A stretch of DNA of 64,000 nt from Lingula anatina (lineage: Eukaryota > Animalia > Brachiopoda), in assembly GCA_051362555.1 (NCBI GenBank), contig CM120640.1, positions 34,553,967-34,617,966 on the forward strand. The letters are read 5' to 3'. Both the position numbers and the translations under genes were made by a program. Below the pieces are notes generated by a model that had not been told where the DNA came from, did not search any database, and saw nothing but the letters and a program-made list of their open reading frames with translations. The first letter of the stretch is position 1. Each line of letters begins with the position of its first letter. This document shows positions 45,664 through 58,102 of the stretch, piece after piece.

Positions 45664-45906
45664 TTTTTACCTCCGCCAAGGAGGTTATGTTTTCACCCCT
45701 GTTTGTCTGTCTGTTTGTTTGTCATCAACATAATTCAAAAAGTTTTGGACCGATTTTGATGGAATTTTCAGGGTAGGTAGTTTTTAGTGGTGATCCGGAT
45801 CAACAATCAATCAATAATCAAAAGTATCGAAAATTTAGGGTGAAATGGCATTGGATGGAGTCTTTGCTGCCTTGGCGGAGGTCTGCACTCTCTGAGTGCT
45901 TTTCTC
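45664..45906 (+). mobile_element. Non-autonomous Helentron (HINE / DINE-1-like)
   Basis: 13-bp subterminal inverted repeats ACCTCCGCCAAGG (45669) / CCTTGGCGGAGGT (45870), a GTCT/GTTT microsatellite after the 5' end, a 3' hairpin GCACTC-tct-GAGTGC and T-rich ends. Confidence 0.85.
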
Positions 45907-46118
45907 TTTTTTCTGTTGTTACTTTTTCTTGTAGTTACATTTTATAAATTGACGAGGAGGCAACTAACCTCGGGGCCCAACTAGCAACGGTGTCATGTAC
46001 CAGAAAGTCCCCCGTGACAGAGAGTCCGCCTCCCATTACTTTGTACAGGTGAGCCTCGCCCTAGATTTTGATCCACTTAGGTAAGACTTACTCTAACCAT
46101 TATAAGTTTATAACTATA

Positions 46119-46286
46119 CAGGGGCGGATTTAGGCCGTCTTCTGGGTCTTCTGGAAGACGGTCAGATTTTAAAGTTTACATTGACGGGTATCTAATATTT
46201 TCTGTCGGAAGACGGTCAAAAATGGAGGATGGATCAACAAAGATAATTTGGAAGACTGTCAGAAAATATCTCTGGATCCGCCCCTG
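46119..46286 (+). mobile_element. MITE (168 bp) with 5-bp TSD, copy 1
   Basis: TIR CAGGGGCGGAT / ATCCGCCCCTG, flanking direct repeat CTATA and internal GGAAGACGGTCA repeats. Confidence 0.88.
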
Positions 46287-47497
46287 CTATAGGCTATGGA
46301 GGCCGGGCTTTCTGTCACAAGGACCCTCAGTTTCGTGACACCGGTCTCCGCTACTGGTAGAAATTGTTAATGCTGTTAAGTTATAAACTGTAAGTTTTTA
46401 TTTTGGATTTATTTCTGTGGGGATAAGTTTAAAATAGATAATAATGAGAATCAGTAATTTCAATACACTGCTGATAAGAAACTTTATACATTAAATACTT
46501 TTTTGTCTTGACGTCTAGGGCACGACAGTACCTCGACTTTCTTTATTCATACTCTTCAGTTATAGAGCTGAAAATGTGGCATATTCCTATTTCAAAATAT
46601 TATGTTTTCTTCAGTAAATGGACGAAAAGGGGCTTATTTTCACATTTGAACGGGCATTGTAGAAAAACAATGAAAGCTAAAGCTCTCAAATTTTGCATGT
46701 AGGTGCAATATTATATAAAGAGTTTACATACCAATACAAAGTTTAACTCAAACTGTTGCGTAGATTTTGAAATTTGGTGCAAACCTAATAATGCCCTCAA
46801 GATTCCAAGAAAACCGGAAGTTCGTCTTGACGTCACTCACTTGTATATGGGATGATTTTTCCATGAGGAAGACTTCGTAGCTCATGTAAACGTAAAGAAA
46901 ATAACCATGAAGATAACAGAATATTCGGTAATCAAAATGCCATTGAATAAAGAAACCGTTCTGAGCACAACCATGTGATCACGGTGAATTAGGGCAAACG
47001 TTGTCAGAAATGACCTAGCGCATCAAAAACAGAAAATTTGATTGGTTTAAAGTTTTGAGAACAATAAGGAGCTGCCCAATCAAATTTCTTGAACTATTTT
47101 ACTATGCATATGCAAATTAGGTAAACAAATCTCGATTGTTTTTGAGATGATTAAACCTGAACTAGATACATTCAGCGCTGTAAGTTGAATTTTTCTTACC
47201 AGAAATAGATCTACTATTCCAAAAATCTTATAGATGAAAGAAAATCAAGTGAAGTTTATCCATTTATTTTATTATTATTCTGTATGTGATACTTTTTGAA
47301 AAAAATGCACTTTATGACAATGCGTGAACTCGCGCAGTAATTTAGGAAACTACTAGTAGACTAGAGTCTAAGTCAACTCTTGCCTTGCAATCAAGGAGAT
47401 GTTTTTGATAAAAGATATCATGTGGGTAAGCAAGTCATTCCCCTTATCAACTTTAGAAATATGGAGCAGTAAAAGGGAAAACTTTTTGTAGGTGACG

Positions 47498-48059
47498 ATG
47501 GAAAACACACCCACCAGCAGTGATATTCAACCGGAGCCAAAGAGCACAGGTAAAGCGTGCATGCAAACTTCCATTTAACTAGTACTTGTACCTTTATTTG
47601 TACGTACATTTACCCTTATTCCTCAAAGTTGGTGTGCGTGTGCGTGTATGTACCAGAAGAATGGATGTCAGGGCCGTGACTGTAGACTGAAAGAATCTCA
47701 GCCACTGAGGTTCAAAACAGATAATCACAGAGTGCACAATACATGCTAGCACGTGCACCACGTGCTTATAATCCAAAAATTACTCAATTAACAATGACTA
47801 AACCATCTTTAAAAAACTGATGGACCCTAGTAATCATGTTATACCTTCAGTAAATGTGGCACTAATCAATGTACCAACACTTTAATGCCAAACTGCTCAT
47901 GCACGTTTCAGTATCTTATCATGAACTTTTAGATTTAAAAAACACGGTGGACACCATATTTTGTTATTATTTTTTTTTAAATACTCATTTTAAGTTTAGT
48001 GGTAATTTATTGAGTCTACTGCATTATTATATTTCTCCATATGCATTCAATATAAGCTG

Positions 48060-48113
<54 letters not shown>

Positions 48114-51100
48114 CAAAAAAATCATTTAGTTATTGGCCATCTTCAGTGCAACAAAAGGATATGTTAAATTTTATGTAAATTTACCACTCCTGTATCTATG
48201 CCAATGAATGAAAAAAAAGTTGAATGTATTAATTTCATTCCATTTTTTAATTTCATTTTATAATTCATTTTTAACAGATTCGGCAAAGGTCAGAATAATC
48301 CTTAGGGAAAACACTTTACAGGCCAAAGTAGTTGGCAGCTGCCCATCACTTGGAAGATGGTGCCCTCAGAGTGGCATCAAGATGCTGAGGGTCAGCCCGC
48401 AGGACCCTCAACAAAGCTGCAACATAATGTTGCCAAAAAACTCAGATGCAGAGTTTAAATTTGTTAAGAAAATAGATGTGAGTATAATATACCTAGTTTA
48501 TTAATTGTATGGCAAATTGAAATGGTTCTATCAAACAAATGTCTGAAACGTTGTGTTGCAACTATTTATCTTTTTTTTTTTTTGTTTTTTTCTCTGTATT
48601 AGAATTGATGCTTGAATTACTTCTTGATATGTCAAAAAGAAAATGAAGCCTTAAAAGAGAGAGAAACATTTAGTTCACTATGGTAGAGCATTTCCTTACA
48701 CAGATGCTGATACTCAAAACTTATCTTGAAGAAACTTGCTGTAATAACTTCTGTAATATGTACAGTAGCAAAGGTAATGTTATGCCATCTTTGTAATGAT
48801 GAATGCCTTCATGAAGGAGTGATTAAATTACATAATATGTTATTTAGGTTATGATAATTAATTGTTTTATCTCTGTTTTCTATTTATCAGATGTATTGTT
48901 ATGCAGATTAAGTGTATTGTGCCAAGGTAATCCAGATTAAGGCTTCGTTCACTTGAAAAATCTATTTTCTAAAAATCTATTTTCTATTCGCGGTATCTTG
49001 TGATCACGGTCTGTCCCCTGAATACCCCGCGACGTAATTACTGGCAGCGCGAACCAGTTACTTCCAAAGCTGTAATTAATTCTCGGCTGCGCTCGGAGTG
49101 AGCACAAGATACCACGAATAGAAAATAGATTTTTATAGAAAATAGATTTTTTATGTGTATTGTTAGACAGTTTAATTGTTTTTTATCCAGATGAACTGCC
49201 CTGACAGTGGATATGAATGGGAGCCAAGGGCATTCATTAACAGGCATATTCATGTCACCTCTAAAGAAAATATGCAAATCACTTGCAAATGGGGAGACCC
49301 AGAAATGAAGATTGAGGGTGAGTTGTATAAGAAATAAACCATCTGCTTTGTGATTCTTTGGAATTTAGTAAAAAGTTTTAACTAGTTAAAACTAGCTTTT
49401 ATTCTAGCTTTGCATGCAGCTTTTATTTATTCCTCATTATCATATTTAAACTAATTCTTTTCATGATTTGGATTCTAAAATAACATTAAATTTAACATTT
49501 GATTTTTGACATATTGGGATTAACCACGCTATATTTCCTTTATGAAAATGAATGTTGTACTCAAATATACTTTATGATAGTGAAACTTGTGATATGTTTT
49601 ATTCCAGAGTGGACCAGTTCCAGTCCTGATACTCCTACTGGTATGGAACAATTTTATATAACCAACGCGATGTCTGGCAGGTTACATACAAACACCATGT
49701 TGACCTTCTTTTTACCACCATTTTGCTTTGTTTTTTTATTTTTATTTTTATTTATTTATGGTGGATTTTTAAAACTATATCCTCCCTTTCTCTAAAATAA
49801 ATCTTGATTTTCCTATGTATCATGTAACAAAAGTGACATAAAGAACTATATATTAATATAATGATATATTTATTTCGAGTCTAAAATCCATAAAATGTTC
49901 AATAGACTGTACAACATAAAATACAAAGAAGTTTATAGATAAAAATGATTAAGATATGTTATATAAATCAGAGCTAGACTAAATTGTAATAAACAGTAAT
50001 TAAAAGTAAAAAATCCAAGGTTTCTTTCATGTAAAATTTAAAAATTCATGAATAAAATGTCTTAAAAATGTGAGTTTTCAATTCCTTTTAAAAAGATTCT
50101 TGTGATTCTATTTGTCTAATAAAAATTGGTAACTTACTCCATTCTACTGGTGCAGCTACACAAAATGATATGTCACCATATATGTTTTTTAACTTTGATT
50201 TGGGAACTTTCAGTAAAAGTTTGTCACCAGACCTCCGGGATCTTTGAGGACTATAATGTTTGACCAGATCAATTATATTTGGTGGAGCTAGGTTATAAAA
50301 AGCAGCATGTGTAAAACTAAAACCTTAAATAAAGTTCTGGCCCTAACTGGTAACCAATGTAACTGCTTTAAAATTGGAGTGATATGGCAATCCCTAGGCT
50401 GTAGCATTAAAAGCCATGCTGAGATATTCTGGGTGCATTTTAATCTTTTGATCTTATCATCTGGACATCCATATAATACAGAATTGCAATGATATACCAA
50501 TGAGTGTATAACAGTAGCAGCAGATGATTGATTCAGATATTTCCTTATGGTGCCAATGTTCCTAACGTTGAATAAACAAGACCTTGTAATGTTGGAGATC
50601 TGTTTGTCCATTGAAAGTGTAGAATCACAAAGTATACTCCTAATTTTTTTACATGGGGGGGGGGGGGGGGGGGGGGGGGGGAGGATAATGCCATACTGGC
50701 TCCAATTTTAAGTTGCAGCTACATGTAGGTTGTGAGCATTAAGGCCCTTGTTGTGGGGTTGAGTAATGACTAAAGTTATGTTTTTCCATCATTTATCTTC
50801 AATTTGTTTGAAATGAGCCAACCTCTCCGATCTGATATGCAGTCAGCAATGGTGTTCACAGACAATGCTGGATCATGGATGTTGCAAGATGTGTACAACT
50901 GGGTATCATCTGCATAAAAGTGGTAACCTATCTTATGATAACGCAGAATTGCTCCAAGTGGTAGAGTGTAAACACAAAATTTTAGAGGGCCAAGAATGCT
51001 CCCCTGAGGAACACCAAATAAACGCTGTGACAGTTCAGAAAGCACACCATTTATATTAATAGGATCGTAAAAGATCTATGGCCTTCTCCCTAACTCCTAC

Positions 51101-54100
51101 ACTCTGCTCTAGAAATGTAAATAAAATATTATGGTCTACTGTGTCAAAGGCAGCAGACAAATCTAACACTGGGGGTGGTGTCCCTTTTTTTCCCATATGA
51201 ATGTGCTTATTCTACTGGTGGTGCAATACCTGGAGGCGGTATTGCCTGATCCTCTATTTTTTTAAATTGTATATCAATGCTCTGAGCAGTTGAACTCTCT
51301 GAATCTGACGATTGGATATTAATTTGTAAATGAAAATCATATATAGTAAATCATTTCCAAGTTTAAGGATGTAATAAAAGTTTCAGCAAAAATGGATTGT
51401 AATCCGGATTGACTGTATTAATTGTTAGACAGATTAATTGTGTTTTTATGATAGTGAAACTTGTGATATATTTTATTCCAGAGGGGACCAGTTCCAGTCC
51501 TGATACTCCTAATGGTATGGAACAATTTTATATAACCAACATAACAAGTGGCAGGTTACAGTACAACTAAGTTTTAATCTTTTATAAATAAACATGGTCA
51601 ATTCCTGTTACGATTAAAAAAACTTAGAGCTACCACATTTCCATATGTTGATTTGATGTATTACATTTTTATATTTTTGTTCATGTTTAAATGCAATAAT
51701 ATCACAGTTTTAAATTAAACTAATAAGTGGCAACTAACACATTCACCCTATTTGTTATATATATATAGTATATGTGATCATGATATAATTATGATATATT
51801 AATGCAAATGTTATATTTTCAGAGACAACTGTTGACCAAGTCCACATTGGCTCACGTAAGTGAATTTTTGTTGTTGTTAATATGAATTTATATGAATTTA
51901 TAGACATTTACATCTCCAAAAGAAGATAAAAACAAAATATTTTACATGTGCCATAAAGACGACAGATGTATTCTCATATGTATTCTAGATTTTACAATAT
52001 TTCAGCTGACACTTTCAAGGCAGGAGGAGAAAAAGTAGATGCTGCACCAAGCAAAGAAAGTAAGCATTTCCAGACAGGCATACTGTATTGTCATATACAT
52101 GTACTCCTGTATGTTTACACTAATAGGTTAGTAAGTGACAATTACTACATTCACTGTATTTGCTATATAGCATATGCGATCGCGATATAATTATGATGTA
52201 TTAATGCAAACGTTATATTTTCAGAGATCATTATTGACCAAGTTCACAATAGCTATCGTAAGTGAATTTTAGTTGTTACACAATATGAATTTATAAACAA
52301 TTACATGTCCAAAAGAAGATAAAAACAAAATATTTCACATGTACCATAGAGATGTCAGTTGTATTCTCATATGTATTCTAGATTTCATAATATTTCAGCT
52401 GACACTTTCAAGGCAGGAGAAGAAAAAGTAGATGCTGCACCAAGCATAGAAGGTAAACATTTCCAGACAGGTCTACTGTATTGTCATATACATGTACTCC
52501 TGTATGTTGACACTAATAATTATAAATTAATGCTTATTTCAGAACATTAATGAGATAGCATTAACTAAAATAAAACTGCAGCAGCAGCTTTTTATTTTAT
52601 TTCCTTCTTGGCATATTTATCTATTTTGCAAAATATTTTTATGGGAACATTTGATTTATACTAAACTGCATGTTGTATGTAATATGCTTTACATCCCTGT
52701 TTCTCTTTGTTATGTACAAAACAGATAAAAATATAGAACCAGCCATATTGTTTTGTATATCTAAATATGAATTTGGCACAGGTGAGGTAGCATTTTCCCT
52801 AATAATTATAAACAATGGTTTATTTTTATAATATATGGCACATTCCATTTAATTTTAGAGCTTAAAAAACTGATTGATTAATAATAATGCACTGTTCTAA
52901 AGATATAAATCTTTAAAAGTCTCTGGTTCCTTAAACTACTTTGAGCTTCAGATCTGATACCTTTTTTTATTTTTTATTTCAGAAGAATGCTTGGAAAAGA
53001 TTAAAAAGGGTGACTCATGTAAGTATAGGAGCATAAGATATAATAGGAAGAAATCTAATGATGAATTATTTGCTGGAGTCTAATGAATTTATTACTGTAA
53101 CTATTTGATGAAAAAAAATTCTTTGCAACCTTTCGTATTATCTCAAAATATTTGTCTGAAACAATGCATTGAAAGAAAGAAGTTGGCTCAATACAGTGTG
53201 TCAGGGATATTTAACGGAATTCACAAATCCCATGCGATACAACAAAAATGGAAGAACAATCAACTGACATTTTCAGTTGATGACAACAAAAACATCAAGG
53301 CTCAGATGTAAATTGGAACTGAGGGTGGTCTGTTAAAATAATGGGAAGTTACCGCTAGTGGAATTAGGGCAAAGATGGTGGTGGTGGTGGTGGTGGGGGG
53401 GGGGGGGGGGGTGAAGATGTATTTCTGTGATAAATCCTAAGCACTTATTCAGAAGCAGACAAATAGTTTTTTTTTTACATTTGAATTATACGTTCTAAAA
53501 CATCTTTGGTGTCTTTGAGGGACCCTCCATGTTTAAACAGTGAGGTTGATCAGCTTTACAAAAATACGGTAGTTACTGGATCTTTACAATGGGGGGGGGG
53601 GGGGGGGGGGGGGGGGGGGATTGCAAATTTTAAAGATACTCAGACTGTATTTTTTAAACTCACAATTTCTTAAAATTTAAACATATTTATTGAGTAGTAA
53701 CAACACACAAAAGCAAGCTACTATATAGTTATATTCTATGCAATATAAGCACTATAATTGCATTATAATTTTTTTTTTGTTATTATAAAATTTGTGTCTG
53801 AAGTTTGATATAATTTGCCCACTGAAAAGAATGAATCATAGCTGTATATTGTAAGTATTTTCATTTATCATGTTTTTTAGACCAGGTTCCGTATATATTT
53901 CAAATCTGTTGACCACATACACTATAAAAGCCAATCATTTGTCTTATATTTGAAGTCCAATTCAGTGCGGATCCAGAGATATTTTCTGACAGTCTTCCAA
54001 ATTATCTTGTTGAACCATTCTCTATTTTTGACCGTCTTCCGACAGAAAAAAATAGATACCTGTCAATGTAAACTTGAAAATCTGACCGTCTTCGGGAAGA

Positions 54101-54248
54101 CCCAGAAGACGGCCTCAATCCGCCCCTGCAATTTTATCCAATGTTTTTAATTACATATTTTTTTTTCATTCCAGCTCCAAAGCCAAAACAAAGATCCCGG
54201 TTCAGGAGATTCCTGCACACTATCTTCTCTTGCTTTAGGCGCAAGTAA
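47498..54248 (+). CDS. CBM20 (starch/glycogen-binding) protein with a microexon-encoded linker and a C-terminal basic amphipathic helix, 11 coding exons, ~242 aa
   Basis: Exons 47498-47549, 48278-48477, 49191-49317, 49608-49640, 51482-51514, 51823-51855, 52006-52059, 52225-52257, 52399-52452, 52983-53018 and 54175-54248 total 729 nt with consistent phases and no internal stop. CBM20 signature: [11 protein letters not shown]...IMLP...EFKFVK...YEWEP...NR...CKWG. AATAAA sites follow at ~54617-54635. Confidence 0.8.
48063..48113. repeat. (ATT)n microsatellite
   Basis: About 17 perfect units; explains the poly-I ORF. Confidence 0.95.
48940..49160. mobile_element. MITE-like inverted-repeat element in intron 2 of the CBM20 gene
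   Basis: aaaaatctattttctaaaaatctattttctattcgcggtatcttgtg pairs with cacaagataccacgaatagaaaatagatttttatagaaaatagattttt. No clear TSD. Confidence 0.7.
50050..51170 (-). mobile_element. 5'-truncated, frameshifted LINE reverse-transcriptase fragment (L2/CR1 group)
   Basis: Motifs [41 protein letters not shown] and [14 protein letters not shown] are spread over shifted frames. Confidence 0.93.
53963..54128 (-). mobile_element. MITE with 5-bp TSD, copy 2 (same family as 46119..46286)
   Basis: Reverse complement aligns along its whole length with copy 1; flanking direct repeat CAATT. Confidence 0.88.
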
Positions 54249-55142
54249 AAAAAATACTTTATTAATCATAAACTGATACGTAAATGCTAAGAGGCCTTCA
54301 TTGAACTTCATTTGTTTTCTTTCCCAGTACAATCATATTCAAAGTCTCACTTCTTACTGGACTCCGTGTTTGTAGCAAACACGTGCTGTGCATGTTGAGA
54401 TGTAAGCGACAAAGACTATTAAGTGTCAGTGAGTTTATAGCTGTATGTCTCTGCAGAATACATTGTCAGTTGCCATAATTGTGAATGTTGCCTTGTTTTT
54501 GATTAACACTTTTTTACTAATTGGACCTGAAGAAGGAGTGGTTTTAAAAGGTTGTAGATTTTACAAGCTATTAGTACTACAGGTACATATGATAATGATG
54601 TTCATTTGCAACAAAGAATAAATAAATAAATAAAAATCTAAAATGAATTATTAGTCAATGAAGTTCTTAAGAGCATTATATAAAATTATATGACGATTGA
54701 TGAAAGATGTTTAAATAAAATCCGTGTGAAATTTGCTAGACTCTACAGCGTGAATATTTTAAAAACTCCATGTTGTAATTGCTCTGCCGCGGAGCGCTCG
54801 CCGCTATGAAGCTGGAGTCGTAGGGCGTGTACATACCTGTAACTTCTACGGAAGCGGAAAGATCTTTCTCTGTGTTGAGATAGTAAAGACACATCTGAGG
54901 AATGGGATGACCGACACCAGGCTCTCTGCTCTCATCTTGCTGAAAAACTCCCTACTGGTAATTGCAGAAGTCACTTGTGCCTTCAAATATTATACACAAG
55001 AACGTTATATAAAAGCATAAAATAAGTTGACTAGTAATGTGCAGTTTAATATGTTCAAACAATTTTAATAGGAATGAATAATAAAAATGTATAATAAAAC
55101 CCGGTGTTCCGTTAATTTATCAGGTTTATTCACTACCACAGA

Positions 55143-55455
55143 ACGGGCGGATCCAGGATTTTTTGAAAGGGAGGGGGGTCCGCGGTTTCCAATCCGATCC
55201 GACCCCCTCCCCCCACCCCCTTGGCGTGGGGTATTTTAGTGGGAATACGGTGCCATTTGATGCGGTTTGGAACTATGATTAATCAAGCCAAAATTCTAAT
55301 TTCAAGAGGGGACAATCGGTGTTTTTTAAAAGAAATTCAAGGGGTGGTCAGCAGTGGCGGCTTTAGAAGGGGGTCAGGGGGCCCTGACCCCCCCCCCTCC
55401 CAGCCTTTGGTTTCTGAAAAATATATCACATCAGTGTTCCCCTCTTGAAATTAGA
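55143..55455. mobile_element. Two abutting, oppositely oriented partial copies of a CAG(G/T)GGCGG-ended MITE family
   Basis: gggcggatccaggatt...ggggtccgcgg and aatttcaagagggg / ccctcttgaaatt segments are shared with the element at 60709..60964. Confidence 0.6.
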
Positions 55456-57510
55456 CCCTGCCTTATCCTCTTTTGAGATAGATACTTATTGTGCCTTCAA
55501 ATAAACCAGACAAATGAAAATTATTTCAACAGCAACCCCTCAATCAAAATGTGCCGAACCCGTTGTAATTTGCATAACAGAAATTCGCTCAGCGCAGTGC
55601 GCACTACTCGTATCTTCTTGACTGGTCACTCGACAGCTGCACACTGTAAGAATAGGATGTGTGTGATGAAGTCGCAGGGCCGGAATTTTCATTCAGCTTC
55701 GAGAATTTTAATGTGAGTAAAAGCTTTTCATGTTTTTTACGAGTTCAAACTATCAGGTAATTTATTATTATTTTACTCGTTCTAAACTTTAAGTTGGCCT
55801 GAGTAGTTGATTGGATTTTTGGATTTGAGAAAAGTTGCATAGGGATATCTTTAAAAATCTTGAAAAGCACGTGCTGCCAGTTAAAACACAAATATAATAT
55901 GTAGAAAGTTATATTAGATAGTTTGATTTTTGGTGCCCAGATGCTGTCAATTCACTGTCACTCACTGTACGTAATTAGGCCACCTGAACACATTTCGTAT
56001 TTTTAACACTTTCATAGTACATGTACTTGATATATTAGTGTGAATCTTCTCAGATGCCTACATTACAAACTGATCAGTATAACTGTGCATTTGGTTTTAC
56101 CAGTATTTTTTTTAAATCCATATTTTCAATTGGAACATTAACGAGAGAAAACTATGTAAGTTTTTCACGATGACTTGTTTATGTTAGCCGTCTAGACTCT
56201 AAAGCTTTGACTTAAGGTTATTATCATCCAGATACCAAAATTAGTTTTTTCCTTTATCTAATTATTCAATAATGCATATACCTTTGTGCTGATTTAAAAC
56301 GATGGGGTCTGGAAATGGTCCCTTTGCCTTGTAAACGCTTTCCAAAAGTATTGGGATTCTTGTGATTCTTCTCATCGTGAAATCAATTTTTTTAATCTTG
56401 CATACAAACCCCGTTTAGTCGACTTTTCAAATTTGGTGTTCAGTTAGCCTCAATGTGATTTTTTCGGCATGAGCAGAGGTTTTTCCATTTTCAGTTAATC
56501 TAATCTTTATTCGGATTCTCTGCTTTCGAAGATTGAAATGTCGCCATTTAAATGTTCTTTTGATATTTCAGAACTGCGAACGCCTTTGCCGAGATCCTGC
56601 ACAGTGCACGTGACGTATTCTCCAAGACGTATTTTAAAATCAGACGCAGATCCAGATCTATTCGCACCGCAGATGCTATATGTTGAAAATTATACCTTAG
56701 GACATGCTATGTACATCATTTTATTTGGAAGCAATCCAGCTTCTTTTTAATTCATCTCATTATGCAATTGTGCAATTATTAAAGTGTTTAAAATGGCATG
56801 ATGTTATTTTCAGCGTGTTTGCAAATCACAAATTTCAAAGTTGAGATTAAAAATGCAATTTTCTCGTTGTTGAAGCTCGTGTAAGATTGTTTATTTAGCC
56901 AATCAACTACCTTTACATATTATTGTAATTTGCATTGTATAAGTCGATTTTTAATGTTAATATTTACACTTGCGAATGACAAGCAATTAATGAAAATAAA
57001 TGACTATTTTGGGGGTAGTTTTTGATTCAATCTAAAATACACAGAATTAAAGTAAAACTGATATGTAGTGGATTTTTAGAACCTATACTATACTCTCTTT
57101 GGAATGCATTTTTTGTTCTCCAGATTAAATCTAAAAGTGCTTTTAAATTTTGTAAATGAAAAATTTGAAATTAACATAAAGCAGTTTCATTACAATTGCA
57201 CGAATTATTAATAAGAATAAATTCTGTAGGTGCCAATTTTCAGATTTATCATTTCCGGTCAAATTCATACGGTTAATATCGCCTGGCGGCCTATTCTTTG
57301 TCCAATGTCCTGTTCAAAGACTGTTCTATTTCCTTATTATCTTTTTTATTTGAGCACATGAGTTTCCCAGTAAATATTTGTTTCTTCGAGGTTTTCTGTC
57401 ATTAAAGATGTCATATAATAAATAAAACATTGAAAATTTGGTCTTTGCTTGTATATTGAAATGAATGATACTCGTATGACTGCATTGGTATGAGTGGGCG
57501 AGTCTATCAA

Positions 57511-58102
57511 CTTTGAGGGGTGGAAGGTGGGATGAGTCAATTCAATTTAAGGGGTGTCGGATGGGGCGAGTTACCTCCATTTGAGGGGTGACAGGTGGGA
57601 TGATTCCATTCCATTTGAGGGGTGACAGGTGGGGCGAGTTCATTCCATTTGAGGGGTGGCAGGTGGGATGATTCCATTCCATTTGAGGGGTGACAGGTGG
57701 GACGAGTTCATTTAATTTGAGGGGTGTCAGATGGGATGATTCCATTCCATTTTAGGGGTGTCAGGTGGGGTGAGTTCATTCCATTTGGGGGGTGACAGGT
57801 GGGGTGATTCCATTCCATTTGAGGGGTGACAGGTGGGGCGAGTTCATTCCATTTGAGGGGTGACAGGTGGGACGAGTCCACTCCATTTGAGGGGTGACAG
57901 GTGGGGCGAGTTCATTCCATTTGAGGGGTGTCAGGTGGGACGAGTTCACTTCATTTGAGGGGTGACAGGTGGGATGATTCCATTCCATTTAAGGGGCGAC
58001 AGGTGGGACGAGTTCACTTCTTGTAAGGGGTGCCAGGTGGGACGAGTTCGCTTCATTTGAGGGATGACGGGTGGGATGATTCCATTCCTTTTGAGGGGTG
58101 AC
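57511..58102. repeat. G-rich minisatellite, 34-bp unit, ~17 copies
   Basis: Unit ATTTGAGGGGTGACAGGTGGG(ATGATTC/GCGAGTT)CATTCC with starts at 57579, 57613, 57647 and so on. Confidence 0.95.
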
